Positions 1 through 14,023 of a stretch of 64,000 nucleotides of DNA are shown piece by piece; the first letter of the stretch is position 1, and the number at the start of each line of letters is the position of its first letter. The notes under the pieces are model-generated. The model did not search any database. It was given only the letters and a program-made list of their open reading frames with translations, and was not told where the DNA came from. The stretch is taken from NCBI GenBank assembly GCA_047495785.1, contig JBLDXI010000028.1:1054001-1118000 (forward strand), given 5' to 3'. Source of the DNA: Lepidodermella squamata (taxonomy: Eukaryota > Animalia > Gastrotricha). The position numbers and the translations under genes were made by a program.

Positions 1-412
1 CAAAAGTATTTGATATTTATTAAGCAATATTATGCCAAATTTAACCATTTTAATTGCAAAAGCTAAAAGGTAATTTCCAGGTTTTATTTTAGGATCGACG
101 ATTTTTTTCTGCAACGTGCCTCTTTTCCTTGTTTTTTGTTGGGGGTTACCTTCGTCACGCAGTGGGTGGATGAAAACGGAGGCATGCGTCTCCAACCGGA
201 ATGATTGCTGCGGTTTCAAAGATTTTTCAACAATTTTCAATTTTGAAATTTGAATTTCAGATGCAAGCAGGTCTCGTTTTGATATATTGGGTGTTTTGTT
301 CCTCTGTGAACTCATAAATTTGGGTTGATTTGCTATGAACATTGTAATTGTAACTTAAACCATCCTGAATTATTTGCATTCTCAATTCCATAGTGTTTTC
401 TTTTTGTTGGTC

Positions 413-1981
413 ATGCTTGCTGGCTCGAGAGCGGTGAGCTTAGCTCACTGTCGTCGTGTTTCGCCTGGTTTAACATCGTCCTGGATCTCTACCAGCTCGC
501 ATCGTGCCAGTAAATCCTCAGATGGGTCAAAGGGCGATGAGAAGCCTCCAGGTGCTGAGCTTCCCAATTGGGTACCTCAATGGAAAGGTTCTAGACAACC
601 TGGGGCGGAAGAATACAAAAGTCCGATAAAAATGTTTGGAGATGAGTTCAAATCATGGCGTAGCAGCTCCATGGAAGTCGATGGGCTTGTCAGAGTTCCT
701 CGTGAGACTGATGTTCTGATAATAGGAGGTGGACTTGTTGGACAGGCCATTGCATACTTTCTGAAGCGTGAGCATCGCCGTGCAATCAAGATAACAATTG
801 TGGAACGCGATCCTTCTCACAAAATATCTTCTTCTGCGCTATCGGTCGCGAGCATTCGGCAGCAATTCAGCTTGCCAGAAAATGTTCAACTTTCATTGTT
901 TGGCGCTGACTTCCTGCGCAGGTCGAACGAGTTCTTGGGTGTGGAAGGTCTCGAACCTGTTAGTGTTCCGTTTCATCATGCTGGTTACATGTTTTTGGCC
1001 GAAACTGATAACGGGGCGGCAACTCTCGAGAGAAATGTTAAAATGCAACGTGATCTTGGTGCTGTCGTTACACTGTTGGCTGCCAATGAAATCAAAAAGC
1101 GGTTTCCTTGGATGAATGTCGATAACATCAAGCTCGGCTCTCTCGGTTTGGAGAACGAAGGATACTTTGATCAATGGGCCTTGATGGGTGCTCTCAAAAT
1201 GCGAAATTTGGCTTGGGGTGTTCGTTATGTCCACGGTGATGTTGTTGGCTTCGAGTTTGCAAAAGCACCCGACATCCGAGGCAACAATGAGCCCGTTCAA
1301 GCAAGTAAAGCCATCATCACTGATCTGTCACCAGATGCTGAGCACAAAACAGAACATGCTACCAAGTTTTGGAAAGCAATCGTCGCTACTGGCGCTTGGT
1401 CAGGATCACTTGCGGCGAAGCTTGGAGTTGGTCGACCGGATGGACCACCTGATTGCCAACACGCTCTGCCTATTGAGCCACGTAAGCGTTATGTTTATGT
1501 TGTCCGCTGCCCTAAAGGTCCTGGCTTGGAAACTCCTATGGTAATTGACCCCTCTGGTTTGTACTTCCGCCGCGAGGGTTACGGTGGTCATTACTTATGC
1601 GGTAAAAGCCCCGACGAGAACGAACCTGAGCCCGACCCGAATGATCTAAGCGTTGATGAAAGCTATTTCCTGGAAACCTTGTGGCCGATTTTGGCAAAAA
1701 GAGCACCTTGCTTTGAAGAATGCAAGATCACTTCGTCATGGGCTGGCTACTACGACTACAATTATTTCGACCAAAACCTGGTGATAGGTCCACATCCTCA
1801 TTTCAAAAATGTCATCTTCGCTTGTGGTTTGAGCGGTCACGGTATTCAACACGCTGTCGGTGTCGGTCGGGCTGTTTCTGAGCTAATTTATTACGACAAG
1901 TACCAGACAATCGATCTGAGTCGCTTCCAATTCGATCGCATAATTGCAGGTCGCCCCCTGTTTGAAGAGGGCATTGTTTGA
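413..1981 (+). CDS. FOXRED1: FAD-dependent oxidoreductase domain-containing protein 1 (complex I assembly factor), single exon
   Basis: First ATG at 413, basic mitochondrial-transit-like N-terminus; DVLIIGGG Rossmann motif, SSALSVASIRQQFS, EPRKRYVY, WAGYYDYNYFDQN, GLSGHGIQHA. Confidence 0.92.
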   Translation: MLAGSRAVSLAHCRRVSPGLTSSWISTSSHRASKSSDGSKGDEKPPGAELPNWVPQWKGSRQPGAEEYKSPIKMFGDEFKSWRSSSMEVDGLVRVPRETDVLIIGGGLVGQAIAYFLKREHRRAIKITIVERDPSHKISSSALSVASIRQQFSLPENVQLSLFGADFLRRSNEFLGVEGLEPVSVPFHHAGYMFLAETDNGAATLERNVKMQRDLGAVVTLLAANEIKKRFPWMNVDNIKLGSLGLENEGYFDQWALMGALKMRNLAWGVRYVHGDVVGFEFAKAPDIRGNNEPVQASKAIITDLSPDAEHKTEHATKFWKAIVATGAWSGSLAAKLGVGRPDGPPDCQHALPIEPRKRYVYVVRCPKGPGLETPMVIDPSGLYFRREGYGGHYLCGKSPDENEPEPDPNDLSVDESYFLETLWPILAKRAPCFEECKITSSWAGYYDYNYFDQNLVIGPHPHFKNVIFACGLSGHGIQHAVGVGRAVSELIYYDKYQTIDLSRFQFDRIIAGRPLFEEGIV

Positions 1982-2097
1982 AAAACTACCGGTGCCATTC
2001 ATCTGTTGTTTCATTAACATCTTTCACATAGTTATAAAGCCTTATTTTGTCTTGTTTTAACTCGCATGTTTCCCACTGTGTAGTTTTTATTTGAGAA

Positions 2098-2796
2098 ATG
2101 GTTGATACGGGTGAGGGTTGGATTCCATTGGAGGCGAATCCTGAGGTTCTGGACGCGTTCGTGCAACGTCTAGGTGTTTCCCAAGAATGGGCGTTTGCCG
2201 ATGTCTATTCTCTAGACCCTGAAATGGTTGCCATGGTACCGAAACCGGTGGTTGCTGTTCTCATGGTGTATCCAATCACGGACAAGTCTGAGCAAGGTAA
2301 CCTGGGCAACCCATCTCCTCAGGTTACTGATTTGGGTGGCGGCGATTTGTACTTCATGAAGCAAACCATCCCAAATGCATGCGGTACTGTAGCTCTAGTC
2401 CACGCTGTTTCAAACAATTTGAAGACTCTGGGTGTGGATTTCAACTCTGCCTTTGCGAAGTTTGTCAAAATGTCTCGCCAACTTGCTCCAATTGAGCGTT
2501 GTAAGCAGCTCGGTTCGGATAAAACGTTGTCAGAAGCCCACAACGAGTTGAGTGTTCTCGGCCAAAGTGACGTCCCGTCGCCAAACTCGGATACAAATCT
2601 CCATTTCGTCGCTTTCATCAACCACAAGGGCATGTTGTACGAACTCGATGGTCGAAAGGATGCGCCGATAGAACACCGCGCGACTACTGATGATACCCTA
2701 CTTGAAGATGCGGTTGAGGTTGTGAAGCAATTTGTCGAACGCGACCCTGATTTGATCACCTTTTCTCTCCTTGCTCTTGCAAAGGCTGACGATTAG
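2098..2796 (+). CDS. UCHL3: Ubiquitin C-terminal hydrolase (peptidase C12, UCHL1/3 type), single exon
   Basis: WIPLEANPEV, KQTIPNACGT (catalytic Cys), LHFVAF (His), YELDGRK (Asp). Confidence 0.93.
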   Translation: MVDTGEGWIPLEANPEVLDAFVQRLGVSQEWAFADVYSLDPEMVAMVPKPVVAVLMVYPITDKSEQGNLGNPSPQVTDLGGGDLYFMKQTIPNACGTVALVHAVSNNLKTLGVDFNSAFAKFVKMSRQLAPIERCKQLGSDKTLSEAHNELSVLGQSDVPSPNSDTNLHFVAFINHKGMLYELDGRKDAPIEHRATTDDTLLEDAVEVVKQFVERDPDLITFSLLALAKADD

Positions 2797-3142
2797 AGTC
2801 TCACTCTGCCGCTAAAAAAACATGACTTCAATTTCTGAGTTCCGGTGGTTTATTCTACTCAAGGAAAATCAAATCAATTAGTGAGAAAACAATAAATTAC
2901 GGAGGATTTTTCAATATTGTAGCTTTTGCAATTAAATTTGACTATCGAACTGGAAAATTCCTCCTTAATTTATTATTTATTAATCGTGTTTTCTCGTTTA
3001 ATCGAGCTGGTTTCATCTTTCTATTCTTATTCAAACAGCGACAGTTCTCACTGTATTTGATTGAATTTATTCGTGATTTTCAATGATTTTGTGTAATTTT
3101 GCGATAGGTCGACAGCTAATTTTAACTAATATAATTAGCAAA

Positions 3143-5265
<2,123 letters not shown>

Positions 5266-5875
5266 GCAACTACCCACGCAACAGGACTTATATAACACAT
5301 TATGAGAACGTTTTAGGCATCTAAAAACTGCCAATCATCATCAGATAATGATAATAATTTGTGTGTGCGCCACTCATTTCTCTCTCTAAATTTAAAGAAA
5401 ACGATTCCTCACTCACGTGCGATGATTTATCCGAAGTAGTTGATCCGTCAAAAATCAAATAGAAACGCTGTTAGTGAAAATCCTCGGTGACGCGAGGCGG
5501 TTATTCGCGATGATTGTGTGTGCGTGTGCGACCTGCGCTAAAGATTATAGTCGGCCTATGATAACTAAATATAATATTGCTATACGATACGAGACACGAC
5601 TGAAAAAACCAACGTCATTAATAAAGTAAAGACCCCTGTGTAAACGCACTTTGTTTCGGTTATACGAGGAACGTATAAAGTGATATCTGCATGATAAACT
5701 TTCTCCCGCTGATTCCAAACCCCGAAAATTTCGTATCAAGTCAGTTTCTTCGACGACCCAGCCGATCTATTTACTGCCGTTGTCACACTAATGTGAACTT
5801 AATAAGTAAATAAACTGACTGAGTGACCATTTATTTTAATTGTAGAAACTAATTAACTGATTGATTTTTCCTTGA

Positions 5876-8800
5876 ATGGCCTCAACCGAACCTGAAAACA
5901 ACAATGCCAACGCAGGTAAATTCCTCCTAACGCTTGCCCCTTGCTTCATTTAAGACTCGATGTGGCTAATTTTCAGACGTGCGTGATCAAATGAAAAGCT
6001 ACTGGCAGGAGCATACTGGCAAAGCGTCTGTTGTTGAGATGATGTTGGACGAAAATGCGGATAAGATCACGCAGAAAGACGTCGAGGATGTTCAGAGCAT
6101 GGTGCCCGAACTGAAGGGCAAGCGCGTCCTCGAACTTGGGGCTGGCATCGGGTCAGTTACCATTGATTTTCACCATTCTACATTCTACATTCGAAAATCA
6201 ACGCTCTCATTAGAGCTGAATCTTTGCCTAAAATTAGTAATCGAATAATAATCAAAGAAAAAATCTTCACTGAGAGCTGAATTTCTGCAAGGGTATTCAA
6301 GATGCAAGGGACTTGTTACTCATAAATCGGACAAACATTTAGACATTTAGACAGACTATTTTTTGTTTATTCGATCCGATTGTCGATTTTTGGGTACTTA
6401 TTTGTAGAATCGGGAGCTCCGGAAACCTAAAATTATCTTTCATTATATCCTGACTCAGTTGCAATCTTGACAACATTATACGTGAAAATGAAATTAACGT
6501 GAAACTTGGAATTGCCCAGGTTATTTTTAATAATGGAGTTGAATTTTGTTCAATTTGAATTGAGTAGACTTTTCTCTTTTTCAATGGCAAATTTTGAATT
6601 ATGAACGTATTAATTTTTAGGCGTTATACCGGCTGGCTAGCTTCGCAAGCGAAAGACGTAGTTGCGGTTGATTTTATTGAAAAATTTGTCGACCGAAATC
6701 GCGAGGCGAACGCTTCTTACTCGAACATTGAATATCAGTGCGCGGACGCGACGAAGCTCGAATTCCCGCCCGAGCGTTTCGACGTCGTGTTCTCCAACTG
6801 GCTGCTCATGTACCTCAACGACGAGGAGACATTCAAACTGCTTCAAAACATTCTGTCCTGGCTGACCCCGGGTGGCTATCTGTTTTTCCGAGAGGTGGGT
6901 TGATAATTAAGGTGGATTTTGTGGTTTAATATCAATTTTTATGAACAGTCTTGCAACAAGCCGTCCGGAAACAAACGCCGCGGCAATAACCCGACCATTT
7001 ACCGAAAACTGAGCGACTACGATAATCTGCTCAACTGCGTCACAATGCCAGCCGAAAACGGCTCGGATCACGTGATTGGCTTCGAGCTGCTTCTCGTTCG
7101 ATCCAACCAGGCCTACGTTGATATCAAGAAGAACCCGTTTCAACTGTGCTGGTTGGCCCGTAAAACTATGGTATCTACCTCGGAAACGCAGCTACTCGGC
7201 TGCCGATCGCTTCACGAGTTTTTGGACAAGAAACATTATACGAAGCGAGATATTGCCAAATTCGACCTGTTGCTCGGCCGCAAGACGTACGACAGCTCGA
7301 CGAGTGGCGAGTCAGCGGGCGAGGGTGAACCGTGCCCGTCGCCTCTGCCGCCCAGCTGCGACCACTTGCTCAAAACTACGGCCCGTCATTTGGAACTGAA
7401 AGCCGACGAGGAAGTTCTCGAAGTCGGCTGTGGCTCAGGTGAGCGAAATACCGAATAATTAATAATTGGGCAATTTCTCCTGTTTTTCGTTATGACTAAA
7501 AGCGCTGCCCTCTGTTCCTAAATTTTTTTATGGAAAAATATGAAATATGAAAAAATGAAAAATATGATTAAAAATGCTACTCGAGCATTGAAAGGCAGCT
7601 GCCGTTGGTTTAATTACGTACTTGAGCTTCACTTATTTACTTTTTCCTTATGTCTACTTTCGATAAATTTACGAAAATATTGATTTTACTGCATCATCGC
7701 AAACAATCATGGGGTTATTTTGAGGAAGGCATCATCCCTTTACTATTGTTCTGCCGTTTCTTTTTTATTTACGTAAAGTTTCCGGGGCTCTTACGGGTGG
7801 TATCATAAGGTCAGGTCTAGCGTATGAACAGATTGCTCGAAGGTCCATTGTCTACGCAAATCATCCCAGATCCCAGATGGTTACTTGTGAGATTACATTT
7901 GTCACAGTTAGTTTGCTGTTACCTACCGAAGCTTACCACTGATTACCGTAGACCGAAGTGAAACGGGTCTCGGCGCCAATATGAGACCTGGTTCAGGGAT
8001 GGAAAACACTGCAGCAAAGCTGAACTCTAAAACGTGCGGAAAACTCCAGAAAAATATACTAGATACCCCGATTAATAAAATGAAAAAGCAATTTGAGCAA
8101 CTATTCGTTCCATTTATTAAAGCCTCGATCCTCGGTTTAAATAGTGCAGGAGCGCGCCAAACAGTGATATAGCACAAGGGAACGCAGTGAGGCTGCGGGA
8201 GCAGACCCTCATACATTACTTTTGTCCGAATTAACGGAAAAAAGTTCTAAGTTCTGTAGCTTGTGCATCAATATTATCCGGGTGTAGGAGAAGGATTTTG
8301 ATAGCAACTGAACGCGATAGTACCTGAGCAGCATAGGCTACGTTCATTTTTTGTGGCGCATTATTATATTATCACCGAAAACACATGATTAGCTGTGAGT
8401 CGGGCATGTTCCCCCGAGAGGGTTGAGAGTTGGCACCGTTGCTGACATCAGTCCCAGCAGCAGTGGCGGTGGAAACACTGCTACCTTCCTTCGTCAGAGG
8501 CCGTGGTAGAGGACCACGCACGAGGCCTTGAATGGCCAGGACCTTCTTGGGATCCTTCTCATGGAACTGACTCATCTTTCCTTTCTCATCAAAGCTGATG
8601 CGGAAGTGTTCGATGGTCCGAGGTTTCTTAACCTCCATGAGCCGCATCTTGAAGATCCAGGGGAAGTCGGGATCGCTGTAGATGGGGTCAATCCCCATCA
8701 GCAGGAAACCGTCGTCTCCCATGCGCAGTCGCCTGACCAGATCCGGTCTGTAGCGCATCCCCCAACGTGTGATATTCTCACGTGTTATGTCGCTCGGGGG

Positions 8801-10569
8801 CCATTTGTAAGAATTCCACCACTCGATTTCCCGCTTCGGGATCGAGGTGGTGTTATTGGTGAAGAAGCGCTCAAGACTGAGCCGGGTCGGGGACCTGCTC
8901 CAGGTTCCTCTTCCTTCCACCTGGATTCCACATTCGGTGCCCAGCTTGGAGGGGTTGGCGATCTTCCCCTTCTTAACCTTCTTCGTTTCTCCCGATTTAG
9001 ATTTCTTTTTCGGGCGAGGAGGACAAGCCGGGTCCTAAGTTCCGTTGGAGCGGGGTTTAGCCGTCATCCTTTCGGTAGGACAGGTTGTTTCCTTGTACAA
9101 GGACCATAACCGATCCGCCACACCAATGGAGGATCCAAAACCGTCGACACAAGCTCCGGCGACACTACTGAGGTTCGACCTTGTACCTCGACTGTTGGAG
9201 TCGGGGCCGCAGAGCTCGGCACAAGTCCGGATCCGAGCCGTTTATCGGCCTCGTGCGACTTCGCCTTTCCCTGCTCAGTACCGGCAGCTTCTCGACTACC
9301 CTCAGTTCCGTACGGAACGAGAGTCGCCGCCGATTGATTGTTGTGAGGCTTGCTATAGAGTTTCTTAAGCGACATCATAGCCCTCTTCGAGGCTTTGAGG
9401 GGTAGGAAGGTAACTGAGTAAGTGATTTGTGATACGTGAAAGATTTCATCGATTTAACACGCGTATGTTCGCAAAAATCGTTTTCAAAATAACTGAGACA
9501 GGCTCGATTACCACCGACGAACTGAACAAAATGTATCCGCAGCTGAGTAAGAAACCTGAGTTTCCTCGTATCGTTGCAGTACAACATCTTCTGCGCTTCG
9601 ATACCGCTGAAAAACGGTGCGCAATACTCGACCACGTAACGCCAGAAGACATCTGGTTATCATCAGGGTCATTATCTGAAAACATGGGGAAATTGAAAGA
9701 AAATTCTGAAATTTTTTTGAAATTGGAAATTAATTCAACTAAAGCTGCTCGCCGCCAGTAGTACAGTAGAGAGTAACCAGCCGGCGGCCACCTTTTGAGG
9801 CGCGATTGCATGCTATTTGTTACCAATGTATTATTTAATTCTAATTCTTGATAATCACAATTTTTAGGCTGGGGATCATTCTACTTGGCCGAGGAATATG
9901 GCGTGAAAATGTATGCGGTTGATCTGAGCGCGAATATGATTGAAAATGCGCTGCAAGTGTTCGACGAGCAGTTCAAGCACCAGAACATCCTATTCGAAAT
10001 GGCCGATGCTACGCTGCGCGATTTCGACGACAACCGCTTCCATGCGATCTACTGCCGCGACACGCTGTCGCACATTGAAGGCAAATCGCAGTTGTTCGAC
10101 AAATTCTTCAAATGGCTGAAACCGAACGGCCGCCTGTGCATCGCCAATTTGTGCCTCGGCAAGACGCAGCCTGAAGACAATTTGGCGAAATATATTAAAG
10201 ACCACCAATTCCATATCACTAGCCCAGGAGATATTGAAAAGGTAATTTGAATTATTTTCAGAATCTTTAACAATAATTGAAATTTTTTAGTCACTATCGA
10301 AAGTTGGATTCACTGATGTTCAACTTTTCGACGAGTCCTCGACAATGCATCGGCAACTCGAGGAAGAAGACTTGGCCTCGGCGAAACGGATGAAGAAGCA
10401 ATTTTTGGAAAAATTCTCTGAAGACGACTTCAAAGTAATTGTCGGCGATATTTCGGCCAAACTTCGCTGGCTAACCAGCGGCCAGCTCGAGTGGACGGTA
10501 ATCTCCGCCCGAAAGCCAAACACAGCCAGCTGTTTGACGCCGCCGAAAACGCCCACCAAGAAGCAATAA
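5876..10569 (+). CDS. pmt: Two-domain phosphoethanolamine N-methyltransferase (PMT/NMT type); exons 5876-5915, 5977-6151, 6621-6894, 6949-7438, 9868-10241, 10291-10569
   Basis: SYWQEH..VEMMLD, LELGAGIGRYT, FSNWLLMYL, FFRESC, NPTIYR in domain 1; VLEVGCGSG, AVDLSANM, IYCRDTLSHI in domain 2; splice phases consistent. Confidence 0.9.
7592..9794. mobile_element. Putative ~2.2 kb DNA transposon (Kolobok-like ends) in PMT intron 4, carrying an unknown minus-strand ORF
   Basis: TTGA duplicated at 7588-7591 and 9795-9798; ends AAGG...CCTT; imperfect ~20 bp TIR (aaggcagctgccgttggtt vs rc aaggtggccgccggctggtt); interior GC-richer than host introns. Confidence 0.5.
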
Positions 10570-11500
10570 GGCGGCAAAGCTAAACTAAAAATCTTCCGAA
10601 TATATGCAGAAGCTTGAAAATCACAGCGATAGTTGTGTTTTTGTAGCACTCTTCCGGTCTTTTCATTGCCATAATTTTTTGGTTAACACAGGCACCAATC
10701 GTTCTTTCTCCCCGGTTACAATTTTGCTATTAGAGCCGAAAGAAATACATCATCTCGAATTTCCATCAGCCAATTTCCCCGATACAAACTGGGCCGGTGT
10801 TGCTATTTTTTATACGCCGTTTAGTTCCACATTTAATTTGTAAAACAGCATTCAGCTCGGACTCTTTGTATGGTACTACGCAGTGAAATTCCGCTCATAA
10901 TGATTGCTAAATAATCTTTGAATCAAATATGTTATAATAAGAGAAAGTTATTTTTTTGGTTTTGGGAAATGTTAATTTTTTGTATTAAAATATTGATTCG
11001 TTTCCTGGCAAAAATACCTCGTTGACGCGCAGCCTTCAGTGTCTTGCGACGATATTTATCGAAACAATCTTTAGTTTATTCTTTATCACTGACGTTCGCG
11101 GTTTAATGGCGATTTGCAATGCAGAAATATTGTTGTGTTGAAGCTGAAATGAAGCGTTTAGACTATATCTCGAATATTATATTATTTAAAACTCGTTCCG
11201 ATTCCTGGCATTTCATCCCTAGCATTGTCAGATGTTGAGCGAAAACTGAAATAAAACTGATATCGGAAACTGAAGTGGCTTGTTTAATTTTGAAGTAATT
11301 TGGCCGTTAACAGTGAAAAGGTGAATTGGCTACATTTTCGCAGGAAATTCAACTAAAATCCTTTTTAAATGAATCTACCGAGCGAATATTCCATCCTTCA
11401 TCCGCGAAAATCCCGATGGTAACTGGATCGGTTACTGTCGGTATTTTACCTAGTTGGACCGAATTACTCCGGATTTTTGTAATCACATTGACAAGTGACA

Positions 11501-12098
11501 TACCGTCAAACGTGGTTGGCCCACGGAAAAATGGGGTGACTTTCGCATAGCCATTTCTCAGAGGTATCAAGATAAAGACCCCTTGAGTGGGATATCGTTG
11601 GAAAGCCCAAGAAAAGAACAACTGGAATGCCTTGAACATACCTCAGCCCTTCACAATACCTGGTGATTAAACACAGATAAAGTTGAGCGAACAATACAGT
11701 TTTCGGCAGAATTTAGATGACTCTAAAGTCGACCAGGTGGGATCAAAATGAAATAAACTTGTCAATTTCGAGCAGCCCCTGGCACAAGCTATCCAGCGGT
11801 ACCCCACTTGAGAGGTATCAGCCTTTCCACCTGCGGAGTTAGGGCGAAGTCACCCCATCTGCATCTAAACCGTACTCAGGGTCACTTTGCCACCCTTCCA
11901 CGTAATTTGTTAAGTTAAATACGGCTCAAACGGTTCCACGAAGTATATAATTTATTTCTCCATCATCAGGGCTTTCCATTGACGTCCTACTTGACATGTA
12001 TCATGCCTGAGAAAATGACATCGTGTGTGATCTAAACTCGATAGCAAAAACCTATGGCAATGTCACCCTACTGGCTAAAGACACCCCGTTTGACGGTA
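11501..12098. mobile_element. MITE family A (TA-flanked, CCGTCAAAC termini; Tc1/mariner-type non-autonomous), copy 1
   Basis: TA-ccgtcaaacg ... cgtttgacgg-TA; colinear and highly similar to 44062-44680, with a short deletion near the left end. Confidence 0.85.
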
Positions 12099-14023
12099 CC
12101 TACCTAATTTCTATTCTCGTGATAATCTGAATTTTTTTAAACATTTTCTGGCCATGAGATGCGACTTCGTCTCTCATTTTAGAGTTTCTGAACCTTTTTC
12201 CATGTATTTTCTGTTCTTGTGTTACTTAAGGAACATGCTGTATCCAGTTCATTGAAGTTATCAAGGCCAATTGGGCAAAACTGCACATTTTGACCTGCAA
12301 CTCGACACTATTTATCTATTTCTCAAGGACACACCTACCGCGAGCATAACTCATTCGTCAACTGCGATTCACCGAAGAGCTTACCAAATTTGCCAAAGAA
12401 AACCTGAAAAATCAGAATTTTCTAACCATGAAATCATTTGCGATCCCTTTTCAGGGAATTATTTGTTAGCGTTACTTATTGGACGCTGAATTTGGATCGG
12501 CAGAAGCTACACGCGCTTGCTTGCGGACGGCATATTACTCATAAGAACCTTATCAGCACTTCGAAGAGATGATTTCTGTATTAGACGTTATTTTCGATCT
12601 GCTGCATGAAACTTCCGATACATTCGGTATTTTGGCGTTTTGCGAATTCTACCAGCTTTCATTAGTCAATCGGATAAGCGAAAACTCAAGGCAACAGCGT
12701 AATTCGTAAATTTCTGGCTCTTTTACTAAAACAAACTCACGCACAATTTTTGTCCGTTCATCGATTCGAACAACTAGTACATTATAAACAACGCCGGTGT
12801 CGCGCGCCACCTGCCAACAAACTCGGCATTGGCCACCATCGAAACCAAAAATGAAACACAAAAGCATCAACAAGGCGCCATACATAATTATTATCAGTAG
12901 CTATTATCAGTATTTGTTTTTCGTTCGACCGTATTATATACCAAAAAAACGTACACACACACGCACGTTCGAAATATGAACATAATATTATACTACTAAA
13001 TTATCAGTATTTTTCTCGGTTCGTTTGTTCGTGTACTCGCGTAACAGTATAGAAGTAGGCGGGGGAGGCGGCGGAAAATTACCGATTTCGTTCAACAGAA
13101 ATAATAATATTATTATTTAGAAATGTACAATTTTTTAATACAGACTATTTAATACACGATATTTACATACAAATATATTCGGTATATAGATGTTCGTATC
13201 GTAAAAAAAAGGACGCCGAAAATTGTTAAGAATTATAATAATTTTTCCAAATTATAATATCATATTATACTTTCATCATCAAAAAAAATCATCCAAAAAA
13301 GAGCGGTTTCTTCGACACAACACAATATTTGGTCAGCAATCAATTAATATTTCTTAATTTTACCAAGCAACATGTGAGCAAGAAAACAAAACAGCAGGCA
13401 ATTGTTTTTTTTCGATGAGCTATTTGTTAATGATACCGCTAATAGTCAAAAGACCGGTATTTTTTTTAGTTCAAGTCAGCATTCCAAAAATCATGATGAG
13501 TGCGTAATATTGTAGGAAGACTTGGGCTATTCGAAATCAATCGATATTTGAAAAAATGAAATCTCGCAAGCATTCGATGCACTAACCAGACGAGACGAAA
13601 ATACGGAGAAAATTACCAGAAAAAAATCTAGGAAAAGTCCCAAGTTAGTGCTCGTAAGTTGACCGAAAAATTAGCTGCTTAAAGAAGCTATTAAGGGGAA
13701 AATTCCACAAGTTTAATGTTTTGCGGAGAAATACAGCCCCATTAATAGCATCTCAAGCCGAAATTTTCAACCACACGAGCCTTACTTGAGAATGAATGGA
13801 AAGGCTATTACACTTGAGGTGTCTAAAACCGTTCCGAGATGGAAAAAATCTCACACCTGTGAAATTAAATTAAATTTTAATAAAAATTCCGAAAATTCAA
13901 AATTTTAATTATCGATTAATTCCCAATTTTATCGATTTTTACCCAGCATTTTTCGAATAATTTTCTCCGTATTTCTCGATAAGAAAAAAGGAAGACAAAT
14001 TTGTTCTGAATTTTTTCACATCT

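Noticed and set aside
150-185. Possible first coding exon of a divergent minus-strand gene (MPPFSSTHCVTK then gtaac)
   Set aside because: Too short to identify; the rest would lie outside the window
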